Source: Azolla caroliniana
Taxonomy: Eukaryota > Plantae > Polypodiophyta
Direction: 5' to 3'
Length of the DNA stretch: 64,000 nt
Assembly: GCA_043228905.1 (NCBI GenBank)
Contig: JBHGNT010000005.1
Location: forward strand, 15,252,001 to 15,316,000
The notes beneath the pieces are model-generated. The model was not told the DNA's origin. It searched no databases and was given only the letters and a program-made list of their open reading frames with translations. Positions 23,713-35,200 of this stretch are shown in pieces. The position numbers and the translations under genes were made by a program. Position 1 is the first letter of the stretch; each line of letters begins with the position of its first letter.

Positions 23713-26331
23713 ATGAGCTGCCTCAACTCGATCCTGTCAGCGGGTGACCCCCCAAGTGGAGAGGCAAGTGGAGGGGGTCAAAGGTCAGACTGTCTGTCTG
23801 TCTGTCTGTCGCATTTCATTCCCTTGGGGGGCCAAAATGTTAAACTTTTGAGGCAGCCTTGATTGGATAGTTCTATTTTTATTGGTCTGGTTTCCATGAG
23901 ACTAAGGTGGCATTCTTTGTTCTTGTATCACCAAATTATGAGGCACCATGTTGTTTTGCGACATGATTCCCAAAGATGGTTTGTAGGTTGGGGCAAGAAA
24001 GGCAGGCTGTTTATGATTTAGTCACTAATGATTTATTTGCATTATGTATTTTGTTTCCTGAAAGAAGCGTCTATACAAGGTTCTCTCTTCCCTTCAAATC
24101 AACTCTGGGGATTTTGCATTATTGTCATTTTTGCATCCTTATGTCATTTGCAGCATGCACATTTTAATATTGATTCCTCACTTGCATATTCTAGCCTCCA
24201 TGTGCAATAAGAATCGACTTAGTCGTTGACTGCTTGTAGCTTATGAGCTAAGTGTAGGGTCAAGGCAGTTTCTTTTGTATCAAGGTGATGAAATTGTATC
24301 ATTGTTTTAAAAATGCACTTATTTGGACTGTACAGTGAGAATGCAAAATGCAGCTATGGCTTTTCCAGCTTGCGGGGAAAACGAGCATTCATGGAGGATT
24401 TCTACGAAGCTCGGTTCGCTCTAGTTGATGACAACACTGTTGGCTTATTTGGCGTATTTGATGGTACATGTACATTGCAATGCTTCTTGGTCATAATTTT
24501 CGTATTTTTGATGAGTTTGTATTGAAATTGTGAATGTTTTTTCACAGGTCATGGTGGCTCTCGTGCAGCAGACTATGTGCAGAAAAACTTATTTGAAAAT
24601 TTGATCAAACATCCAAGTTTTATATCTGATACCACTTCTGCAATAGGTATGAAATGTGGTCAGGTGATTGTGCAATACCAGATATTCAACTTGATGCCTA
24701 TGGTGTCTTCAGCTAATGCGAAAGAACTAACCCAAACTCATATTTTTAGTGGAGACATATCAACAAACAGATTCCGAGTATCTGAAAGCTGAGAACAGTC
24801 AACAACATAGAGATGCTGGCTCAACTGCTTCCACTGCAGTGCTCGTGGGTGACCGATTACTGGTCGCCAATGTTGGTGATTCCAGAGCGGTGATTTGTAG
24901 GGCTGGTCAAGGTAAGACTTGTTCTCATGGGCAATTCCTTAATCAATTTGTATCTTCTTTTCTACCGTTAGTTAGTTATGAAGAATGGGCAAATGGTTCT
25001 GTGAACTTGGGCAAGTGATCCTTTTGTTCTCCCTTTGATTCCTAGTAGCACAGAAAAGGTGCAGAGAAGTTAACATATTTGGTAGAAGTAGTTAGCGAGT
25101 TAGTTTTTATTTTTTTCCAAAAGTGAACCATTTGCAGAAAACAGCTCACCTGATGAAGTTTACTATGTAAACTATCTCGTTTTTCAAAAATACAAATGAC
25201 ACCGTCTTATACAACTTATACTTGTTTTAGGCTCTCAGTAGGAATCAGCAACGGTTCAGTTTTGTCCTTGTCCAAACCAAACTGGTTTGGGAGTTTTCAA
25301 ACTTGAACCAAACCGGCTCCTAAACCGGTTAAGGCTTAACTGGTTTTGGCCAAACCAGTTAAGCATAAACTGGTTTATCCAAACCAATTAAGGCTTACCT
25401 GGTTTGCGAACCAGTTAAGGCCAAACCTGTTTGGTTCGGCTTGAGCCAAACCAAGCTCAAACCAGCTAAGGAAGCTCAAGCGTAAACCGAACCGAACCGA
25501 ACTGCCAGACTGTTTAAAGACAGTTTAATGGTTCGGTTTAGGCTTGAGCCGAGCTGGTGCCAACTCCTAGCTCTTCGTATGACTTGGACTAGCTGTATGC
25601 ATAAATGTGATATATGTATATAGATATAGATGTAGATGATATAGGTTATAGTTATAGATTATAGATGTAGATGTAGATGTAGATGTAGATGTAGATGTAG
25701 ATGTAGATGTAGATGTATAAAATCTTTCAGAATTGCAGCCATTGCACTTTCCAATGATCATAAACCGAACCGAAAAGATGAGCGTCAACGTATTGAGCAA
25801 GCAGGAGGAGTTGTGATGTGGGCTGGTACGTGGAGAGTGGGTGGTGTCCTTGCGGTATCACGTGCATTTGGAGATCGTTTGCTGAAGCAATATGTTGTGG
25901 CTGAACCTGAAGTCCAAGTGGGTCTTCACACACTCTTCATTGATTATATTCACTGATCTTCATTATGTTTGATCTTCATTGATTATATTACAGCAAAAGG
26001 AGTGGATCACTCATGTGGTCATTTTGATGTAGGAGGAGATCGTTAATAACGAGGTTGAGTTTTTGGTGCTTGCTAGTGATGGTCTATGGGACGTTGTTAC
26101 TAACCAGGTTAAGAAACTAGTGGTTTTTAGGTTGAAATTATAAGTTTTTGGGCCACCTTTCTGAGATTGTTGGGTGGACAAAATCAGGACGCAGTCTCAA
26201 TGGTTCAGTCAATTCCTGATGCTGAAGAGGCAGCCAGACGGCTTACTGAAGAGGCCTTGAGGAAAGGAAGTGCAGACAATATAACTTGCATCGTTGTGCG
26301 TTTTCACAATGATACTAATAACCCATCATAG
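23713..26331 (+). CDS. PP2C: Protein phosphatase 2C (PPM family, clade F / WIN2-like), 7 coding exons, about 285 aa
   Basis: Exons 23713-23783, 24336-24463, 24548-24646, 24750-24911, 25739-25917, 26033-26107 and 26188-26331 join in frame via GT-AG introns (858 nt). Motifs [59 protein letters not shown]. Confidence 0.96.
25239..25569. mobile_element. hAT-like MITE in PP2C intron 4
   Basis: Imperfect TIRs TAGGAATCAGCAAC / GGTGCCAACTCCTA; many AAACC/GGTTT motifs; 8-bp flanks GCTCTCAG / GCTCTTCG. Confidence 0.7.
25610..25718. repeat. (GATGTA)n / TA-rich microsatellite just before the exon 5 acceptor
   Basis: Direct reading. Confidence 0.9.
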
Positions 26332-26462
26332 CCTACTACTACTACTAGTGTAGACCACCTGAGTCGCAGGGATGTGGGGAAATCTCAAATTTTGATGTCT
26401 ACAGAATGCCGACCTTCCATAGTGGTTTCAAGTTAATGGAAATATGTCCACTTGCACACAAT

Positions 26463-26945
26463 ATGGACATGATTATCTGTTTGTCTGGAGATTTCAATTA
26501 TTTATTCTATTGCTCTCTTTAAAATACCAACTACACTACAGCAATGTGCATGGACATGATTATCTGTTTGTGCAAAAGATTTAAATTATTACCCTATTTC
26601 GCTCTCTTTAAAATACCAGCTACACTACAGCAATGCACAAGCCTTCCAAATGGATATAGTACTTGAGAATGGCAGAACTAATATATAGTCCAGTCCCTCA
26701 CCAAATGTTTGATCAAATATAATTCTGCAACGTTTAGCCAAATATGCTTGTTTGTATATGCATGTAACTATATCAGAATTTCATGTACTATGCACGAGCC
26801 TTCCAAATGGACATAATAGTTGAGAATGGCAGAGCTAATATATACTCTCCCTCACTGAAGTTGTGATCAAATATAATTCTGCAACGTTTAGCCAAATATT
26901 GTTTGCATATATGCATGAAACTAGATCAGATTTCATATACTATGC
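26463..26945. repeat. Two adjacent tandem duplications (~88 bp x2 and ~157 bp x2) downstream of the PP2C stop
   Basis: TGGACATGATTATCTGTTTGT at 26463 and 26551; GCCTTCCAAATGGA at 26641 and 26798. Confidence 0.85.
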
Positions 26946-27365
26946 TGGCTTAGTTTTAAATCTCTTGTATGCTTTGAAACCATGCAAAAATTATGATTTA
27001 ATGACAGTGGCATGGGATTTCTAAATAAACACACAACGCATGAATCATGATATATTAATCATACAGCTTAAGGAACGATTATCTAATACCATCTTATTGA
27101 AGCTTATACCAATTAAGCGCAATAATTGATTGACTTTCTACTTTTCTTCATGCGAGCAATTTTAATTTGGAATAGTACTTGTACATTAAAGCTTCTAAAT
27201 CCCCCAAATATTGCAACCACATTGTTCAATCAGATGTGCAAGTATGTAGTGAATTGAGCTTTTAAGTTGATCAAGAGAAAGAAACTCACTATCTTGTCAG
27301 GGTGCTATTATTAGTAAAAGCCTTTTATAATTAATAATATCCACTTAGGTGTCTTTGGTTGAGGT

Positions 27366-27877
27366 TAACAATTGGCAAACGGTTTGCTTTGAACCGAACT
27401 GAACCGTGAAACTGTGGTTTAACGGTTTAACCGGTTCTGCTCGGTTCGGTTCAGGTTCGGGTTTTTTTAAACAGTTCGGTTCGGTTTCAAAAGCCAGAAA
27501 CCGCGGTTTAAACGGTTTAATAGTTTTTATTTTTTATTTTTTATTTTTAAAAAAAAAATTCAAAAAATTTAAAATATTTTTTTAAAACAATCTTTTCATT
27601 TTCATGCCTTATTCTCACATTTTGGAAGATTTTTTAAATTTTTAAAATATAAATAATGAAATATTTAAAATTTAAAATTTTGAATTTTGACCTAAGCTGA
27701 AAACCGGAATCGAACCACGAAACTACGGTTTTACCAGTTTAATGGCTTAACAATTTGGAAAAATTTAATGGTTTGATGGTTCGGTTCGGTTCAGGTTTGA
27801 GATATTATAAACGGTTCGGTTTCAAACCGTTTCAGTTTGGGCCCTCTCGAACCAAACCGAACCGTTGACAATTGTTA
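27366..27877. mobile_element. hAT-like MITE with perfect 8-bp TSD GTTGAGGT
   Basis: TIRs TAACAATTGGCAAACGG / CCGTTGACAATTGTTA; AACCG/CGGTT subterminal motifs; TSD at 27358-27365 and 27878-27885. Confidence 0.9.
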
Positions 27878-29400
27878 GTTGAGGTATAATTATGTGATTG
27901 TTGTGGAGGCGGTTTGTGACAGACTATCAATCTATGTATTGCCACCCTCCTTTGTTTAATTGCATAGTCTTCCCTTTCATTCAAAAGATCATGTAGTTCG
28001 TAGAGGATTCTGTTGGCATATCACGGTTCCTCTACACCCACCATTGTAACCTATTAAACCTTCGATGAAGCAATTTATCTCTCTTGGTGATGCAGGAGCT
28101 TTCCATTTCCAGCCCCTCTTGAGGACTAGGTAGCCCTTGATACTGCAAACTCTCTACGACTTGTTGCTCAGAGATCATCGTGCCTCCTCCCCTGTCAAAC
28201 CAATGGAGACACCCAAAATACCACAAACCAACAAACTCCTTTTGCCCTTGGTTAGGGGTTAATCAAGGACATGAGTAGAAGTGCCCACCTCAATCACCAA
28301 GATTGATTACACCATTTGACCAACTAGCAAAACTGAGCATATGCAACATACCAATCGCATAAGAAGGACACCAAGATTGAGCTGCTGGCTAAAGGGCATA
28401 ATCTCAAGGAAACAATTAATTGCCTTGTTACAATAGAGATCGGCTTGGTAAGTTCTTAGCTTGTGTAGCATGTGGAGCAATATGACAAAGTGGCTTCCCT
28501 TATAATCTAGCTCAACCAAATCACCAAGGGCTTTTGCATGAAGCTCATCACTATGGAACAAGAAAACAATAAAAAGGATGTCACGCTATACAACATTGAA
28601 CAATAGATTGAAACACTTTTGTCATAATTCAATTGAAGCCACTCTTCTTGCACAATGGTGGAATAACATGCAACAAAGAGCATGGATGATCACGATACCC
28701 CTAGCAAGCTTCAACAATTCCATATTGAAGCTCGTGAGCCGGATATTTGACTCAAAAACCATCACAACAAGGTGGCCACAATGGAACAAAAATTGAAGAA
28801 CACAATAGTGGAGCTTAAGTCATTGAGGGTATGGGGGGGAAACTTTATCTAGGAGCAAATACGGTTTAGATTGAACAAATTATGATATTTTCTTCTTTCA
28901 TTTTATGTCCTCTTGCATTTCTTGCTTGCACATTTTTAAGATTTGGCAAGTTGTGTTGACAAGCTCATGTTTTTGACCAAGTTGCCCCAACATGTTAGAG
29001 TCTTGATTCTTAATTCAAGTGATTACTCATTTTTAGATTGAATCTCCTTTTGCTAACAAGAAATGAGACTCTTAGAAATTTAGTATTGTTTCAACCTTTT
29101 CCAATGGAGGTTGAATCAATTATTTGTTTGTTGCCATACCATTTCCTTCTCAACAAGGTCTTTGTTGTTGTTTTTGCATCATCAATTCCATTCAATTTTT
29201 TTGATTCATTAACTTGAATATAAAAAATTTAGTGAATTGTTTTTCGAACTCATTAAACCCTATTATGCTTGTAACATCTACCTATTCAATGATATCATTA
29301 CAAGTCTTCTTGGTTGCTTTTTTAAGGGCAACTCAACTTTTCACTTGAACTTGTGCCAAATAGTGAGGGTGACCCATCAATTATAATTCCACAACCCAAG

Positions 29401-29879
29401 TGTTAAGCATACTTTACTAATTAATATACCAAAATTATTAAGGTAAATGAAAGGTTGGATACATTGGATAAAAGAAACCAATACTCTTAACCACCCTCGA
29501 ACAATGACCAAGACATAGCCAAACTACCAAAAATGTGCCATACTGATGGGTATTAGGATGATAACTACCTTAAGGATGCGATGAAAGCCTAACTCGTGTC
29601 ATGGGTGTCTCAAGGCTTCAGCCTTCTAATATAATCATGTGTCTTATGAGGGTAGTTAGGACTTATATTTATACTTCTTCCTAGTCCATGACAATGTATG
29701 CACCTATCATTTTCCAAAAGACTCTCCATCCATTGGTTTCAAGGACATGATACTACATGCACCTATCATTTCCTTTATCCAATCACATTATCCCCTTTCT
29801 AACATTAGCGAACATACCCATCACTTATGTTATGTAAATATTAGTGACCTACCCTCACCTACATTATGTGTACATAACA
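29401..29879. mobile_element. Old LTR-like segment, distant relative of LTR W
   Basis: TGTTA...TAACA termini; shares TGAGGGTAGTTAGG..ATATTTATA with LTR W; no TSD. Confidence 0.4.
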
Positions 29880-30769
29880 TTAGGCCTGCAACTTGATTGA
29901 TAACTCATGTTTGAAAAAAATTTAACCTTTTATTATTATCTTGAAATGTCGTTATGTTTAATTTGACATTTATAAGCCGCAAGGAACTGGAAGATGTTCC
30001 CTCGTTCTAGCAACTTTAATGATTTTATGAATGGTTTTTTTGAAGCTAGCCTCGTTGTTGTCACATATTTTCAAGATGACATATAGATATTTTAAAGGGG
30101 TTTTCTCCAATAAACTAACAAAACGAATGTTGATGATTTTCAACAATAGGTCAAGTTCAAAAAGAATTTATTTGATGGTTACAAAGTAATATGAAATAAC
30201 TCATAGATCATACTTCTTGATCATTATCCATTTAAGTGGCATCATCAATAGGTTTGTCCATCCATTTGATCTTTTGACAAATCTCTTTAGAATGTAAGAG
30301 TTTATCTCGAGAATCAAGAAATTATTCATTCCAAAACATGAAGTTAGTACTATTTCACCTATATTTTATGAACATCAATTAGTTCATTACGAAGTGAATA
30401 GTGTTAGTACCTAATTAGCTAAGGCCGATCATAAGTAATTGCGAATTAGCTAAGGTCTATGAAAGTAGTAGCTAACTAGCTAAGTATGAACGTTGAAAGC
30501 TATTTAGCGAAAGTGATTTAGTTGGAACATTACTAGTAGCTAATTAGTGAAGAAAGAACAACTAATCAGTTAGGTGCTTGCTAAGTGAAGACAACTAGTT
30601 CCCATCGAACATCAATTAACTAACCCTACCTAATTAGCTAAGGCCTGCAATAACTAGTAGTCATTATGTTCATACAACCAACATATTGTGCCGAATAATA
30701 CTAGGGAATGACTGACCAGTGTGATGTGCCCGACCTGGCTATTATTGAGAAAAAACATCAATAATGTGT

Positions 30770-31023
30770 TTCATACCAAAACCAAAAACGAATTGCGAAA
30801 CTTTGGTTTAATGGTTTTAACGACTTAACGGTTTGTAAATCTCTAAAACCGTTTGGTTTAGATTAGATTTTTTATAAATGGTTCAGTTTAGACTGTTTCG
30901 TGGTTTGGTTTTGGTTTGATTTTAAGTTTCAATTTTTTTTTAAGAGTTCGGTTTAAACCGATTTGGGTTTAAGATTGTCGAACCAAACTGAATTGAACTG
31001 AACCGATCAGTTGCTAATTGTTA
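30770..31023. mobile_element. Right end of another AACCG-rich hAT-like element
   Basis: Ends GTTGCTAATTGTTA like the 27877 TIR; left end not found. Confidence 0.5.
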
Positions 31024-31034
31024 GTCATATGGGG

Positions 31035-31400
31035 TCATACAATATACATACACACACATTGGATATATGCATACATATTATGTGTATATTGCAAACATAC
31101 ATTCCTATATAAGTCATACACATAAAAAACATGAAAATACCCCGAAATCATACATACATAAATACGTTACATATTACATATATACACATACGTACATTCA
31201 TACATGTACATACATATATTCATTTAACCATTGCTACATGTATATACATACATATGCCTACAATGTTACAAATATAAAATTTACAAACATACATCCATAC
31301 ATTACATACATACATGCATACACATACATATGTTATACAACCATCATCAACTTAACTAATTTATATTTATGCTTACATACTTATATGTCTATTTACCAAT
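31035..31400. repeat. TACA/TA-rich low-complexity tract
   Basis: Direct reading. Confidence 0.85.
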
Positions 31401-32228
31401 ATAACAATAGGCACATCAAGGATATTTATAAATATAGCCCAGTCGGATGTGTTCGATTCGGTAACTAGAAAATCGACTGTCATTCGACTTGTTCTGTTGA
31501 GAATCAAGCTCAACTTGGTCTAGTGTGTGAACTCACCTTGAGAGTGAAGAGACACTCCAACGGTCAAGAGTCACCATTATGTCACCACTTTGTATTCTAG
31601 CATTTAGTATGAGTCATAGAATCATATTCTATGACACATAACTTATGAGCTTTCACATTCCCCATGCTCCATGAGCCTTGTAGTTAATGAAGAGAGAGGG
31701 TGACTACATAAAGCACCCTCCTCCCATCTTGTATAATGTTGAGTGTTACCGGCCGACAAAGGAGTCCAGAGTGTGAAACGGGGAGTTATTTAATTAGTAG
31801 GAATGGTTGTAAGTAAGCTATGAGTGTGGACGGACGGACCGGAATCGGTATGCCGTTCTGGATCCGGACCGATCCCGAACAGGTGCGGATGGCACCGTTT
31901 TGTAATACAGACCGGAAACCTATTTAAAGGCCCGGATACAATGTAATGGATAGCGGTTAATTAATAAAGCTTAGTGTTGTTATCTCTCTGTGTTAATTGC
32001 CGTTCTGCCTTCATTGTTATATCTTACGCGTGTGATTATTAAAGACGATCATGCTAAGTAACCTAATTAAGTCGGATTAATCGTTGAGTCTAATCTTGTT
32101 GCCGTAACACCCCTTTGGTGAAGTGTCTTCTGTAGACACCCTATGTTAGGCCATTGTCCGGCCCTAAGAGTTAACACAGTTTTTGGCGACCATGATTCCT
32201 GTTTTTGTAGCGAACGACGGCACGGATG

Positions 32229-35200
32229 GATGTCTAGATCAACGCACGACCTGGTTACAGATCGAACTCGACGCCTTGCCGAAAGGCAAAGGAGACGTGA
32301 GGCTTTCCAGCAAGCGGCGCAGGAAATTAGAGCGGATCGCTCGTTTTCCAACGTAATCTGGAGAGTAGCAGAGGACTCCCTCTGGTTACAACAAACATCG
32401 CACCCGGACGACGGCAGCAGCCTAAGCAGCCTCCGGGAAACCGAATCCCTTCTCCAGGCGTTGGCAAACAGAGAAGGCGAAGCAGAAGCATTTTCAGCGT
32501 ATGAATCAGACTCCGAAGGAGAATACAGCGTGCACACGAACTACCGTAGCAGCAACGAAACCCCGGGCGGACCGGAGGACGAAGGATCAGATACCTTACC
32601 GACACCGGAACCGGAAGTGCTAACGCTGGAACCCCCGGAACCAGTAGAGGAAGAGCGACCTCCAACACCGGAAGTCGAAGAGGAGAGGCCTCCATCACCA
32701 AAAGAAGAGGAGAGATCACCGACGCTGGAAACAAATCGGGAAAGACCACCGACGCCGGAGAAAATCTTGGAACGAGCACCAACACTGCCAGCCCGTGCAC
32801 CGATACCGGACGACGACATGCCGTTCCAGTACTCCAAGTATAGAGATGATCCGGACGCGGAAGCTCATGTGCACGCCTTTGAACAGACCTGGGAAGCCAA
32901 CCATGTGTCCCAACGATTGACCCCGGATGAAGAGGAACACTCTAAGATAGCGGAATTTGGCGTCACATTGGAGGGACCGGTAGCAAGATGGCGTCGGACG
33001 CAGGACCCGTCTACCATCAACACCTTTGCAGATTTAAAAGCTAAATTCTTGCATTTTTTCCAAAAGGAGGTGGACCAGACCGTAATGGTAGGCTTATTTT
33101 ATACCATCCGACAGGAAGCAGGGGAGAGCATTCCCCAGTTTGTCATCCGGTTTCAACGGATGCATAGTCAGCTTGCCCGCGCACCCCCAGAGGAGGAATT
33201 ACGGACTATATTCCTAAACACGCTCCGGGAACCCCTACGCACGGTTTGCACGGTAATTGACTTCCGCACAAGTACCATCGACCAGGTCATTGACCGGGTG
33301 AGAGAGATGGAAAAGACAAGCTCCTGGTTCACACTGGGAGCACTCCAACGGGCGTTACCGTGCGATGAAGACCTCCGATTTCGGCAAGCAATACAGTGCA
33401 CAACCTGCTTAATTCCGGACACTCGGCTCTAGAATGCACTATGAGGACGCAATGTGTAATCTGTCAATCCAAGGGCCATACGACGGATAGGTGCGAGTAT
33501 AATCTATTGAACTGGCAAGCACCGCCCGTCCGACAAATTGAGCCACGCAGCAGCTAGGATGAAGAAGAGGAACGCTGACGGCGAATGGACCGCGACCGAC
33601 CGGCACAGGATGTCTGGTATGGCGAACGACGGGAGAATGATGTCCGGTACGGTGATCGGCAGGATAACTATGACCGGCATGATCGGTACCGGGATTACAA
33701 TAGACGATACGAAGATTACGACCGGGAGCACTCCCCTGGGTATCATCAGCAACGGGAGGAATACGGCAGATATAACGGGCAACCCCGTCAAGAGTACCGC
33801 AATAAGAGGAGCTATAACAAAAAACGGCATTTCAAAAAAGGCGGCTACCCACGGGATCCGGAACAAGGAGCTTCAAGCAGCCAACCGGCCCAAAACCCCG
33901 CGCGTACCACAGGACCTACCTTGGGTACAACAGACAATGCCGAATCCAGCAATACCCGGAAAGTCTACTGCTACTACTGCCGATAGGAAGGCCATTATAG
34001 TAATCAATGCCCGGTGAAGAGCTATGAAAAACGACCGGCGGTAAATATGGTAGTCCCTGAGGTGGCAGATCTGCAGCAGGTGACCACAAGGTCGAAGGGC
34101 ATGGCCAAGGAATGGGAGACGCAGGAGACCATCCGGAAACAAGCGACGGAATGGGTGAAGAAAGCAAACGAGCAGAATGTCACAGACTTACAGCGGCAAA
34201 AGGAGAACACCGTAGCGCTTGCTGGCGGCAGTCACTCCGAGAAAGAGACATGGCAGGCGTTGCAAGAATGCCAGATTACGCTGCCACTAGGAAGACTCCT
34301 ACAACTCGTGCCAAGATTCACGGAAGGACTGAAGACGGCCATGACAGCAGGAGAATCATCACCAGCACCGGTACTCTTCTTGAATCCGGAGGAGGGACCA
34401 ACGGTGGTGGACACCAACAATCCGGTAATCATTGCCATTGTAAAAGGGAAAGAACTCCCCGACATAATTATAGACGGAGGCTCTGGGGTGAATGTAATAA
34501 GCCTCTAGACGTGTGATGCCCTAGGAACCCACGAGTGGGAGCCGTGTCCGTTTTGGTTGCGGATGGCCGATACAAGCTCAGTGCGGCCGACATGATTAAT
34601 ACAAAAATTAGAAGTCACCGTCGGCGGTCATACATTTCACATCTCAGCAGTAGTGCTACAATTACAGGCACAAGGCGCATACCTGCTATTGCTGGGACGG
34701 CCGTGGTTGAAAACGGCACATATCAAACAGAATTGGAGGAAAAATATAATTACCTTCCGGCGAGGAAAAGCCAAGGTACGGGTACCAACACAGCCAAGGA
34801 CGAGCACTGGCAAGGAATATACACCGTTGTATGCAGAATGCGTCAACATGCTAGAAGGGTTAGCTGACGAAGAAGAAGCTCAGTACTTGCAGGAAAACCC
34901 GAAGATCATACCCCTCTTCGAAATTGACATTGCCGAAGCAGTAACACCATACTTACCGCAACCGGAAGAGGCTGAAGCAGAACCGGATAAAGACGCAATC
35001 CGGGAGTTACGGCAAGCGCAGGAAGCGTTGGAACGGGAAATGGCCGTTTCACAGCGCGTAAAAGCGTCGCAACTGGAAGAGGTGAACCTAGGGACCACGG
35101 ACGAACCAAAACCGGTGCACATCGCCAAGGAGATGAAGTCCGAAGACAAAACGGCGATGATCACACTTCTCACGGAATTTCGCGATGTGTTTGCCTGGTC

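Noticed and set aside
31067-31468. 133-aa Y/I/H/T-rich ORF
   Set aside because: Translation of a TACA microsatellite-like tract.
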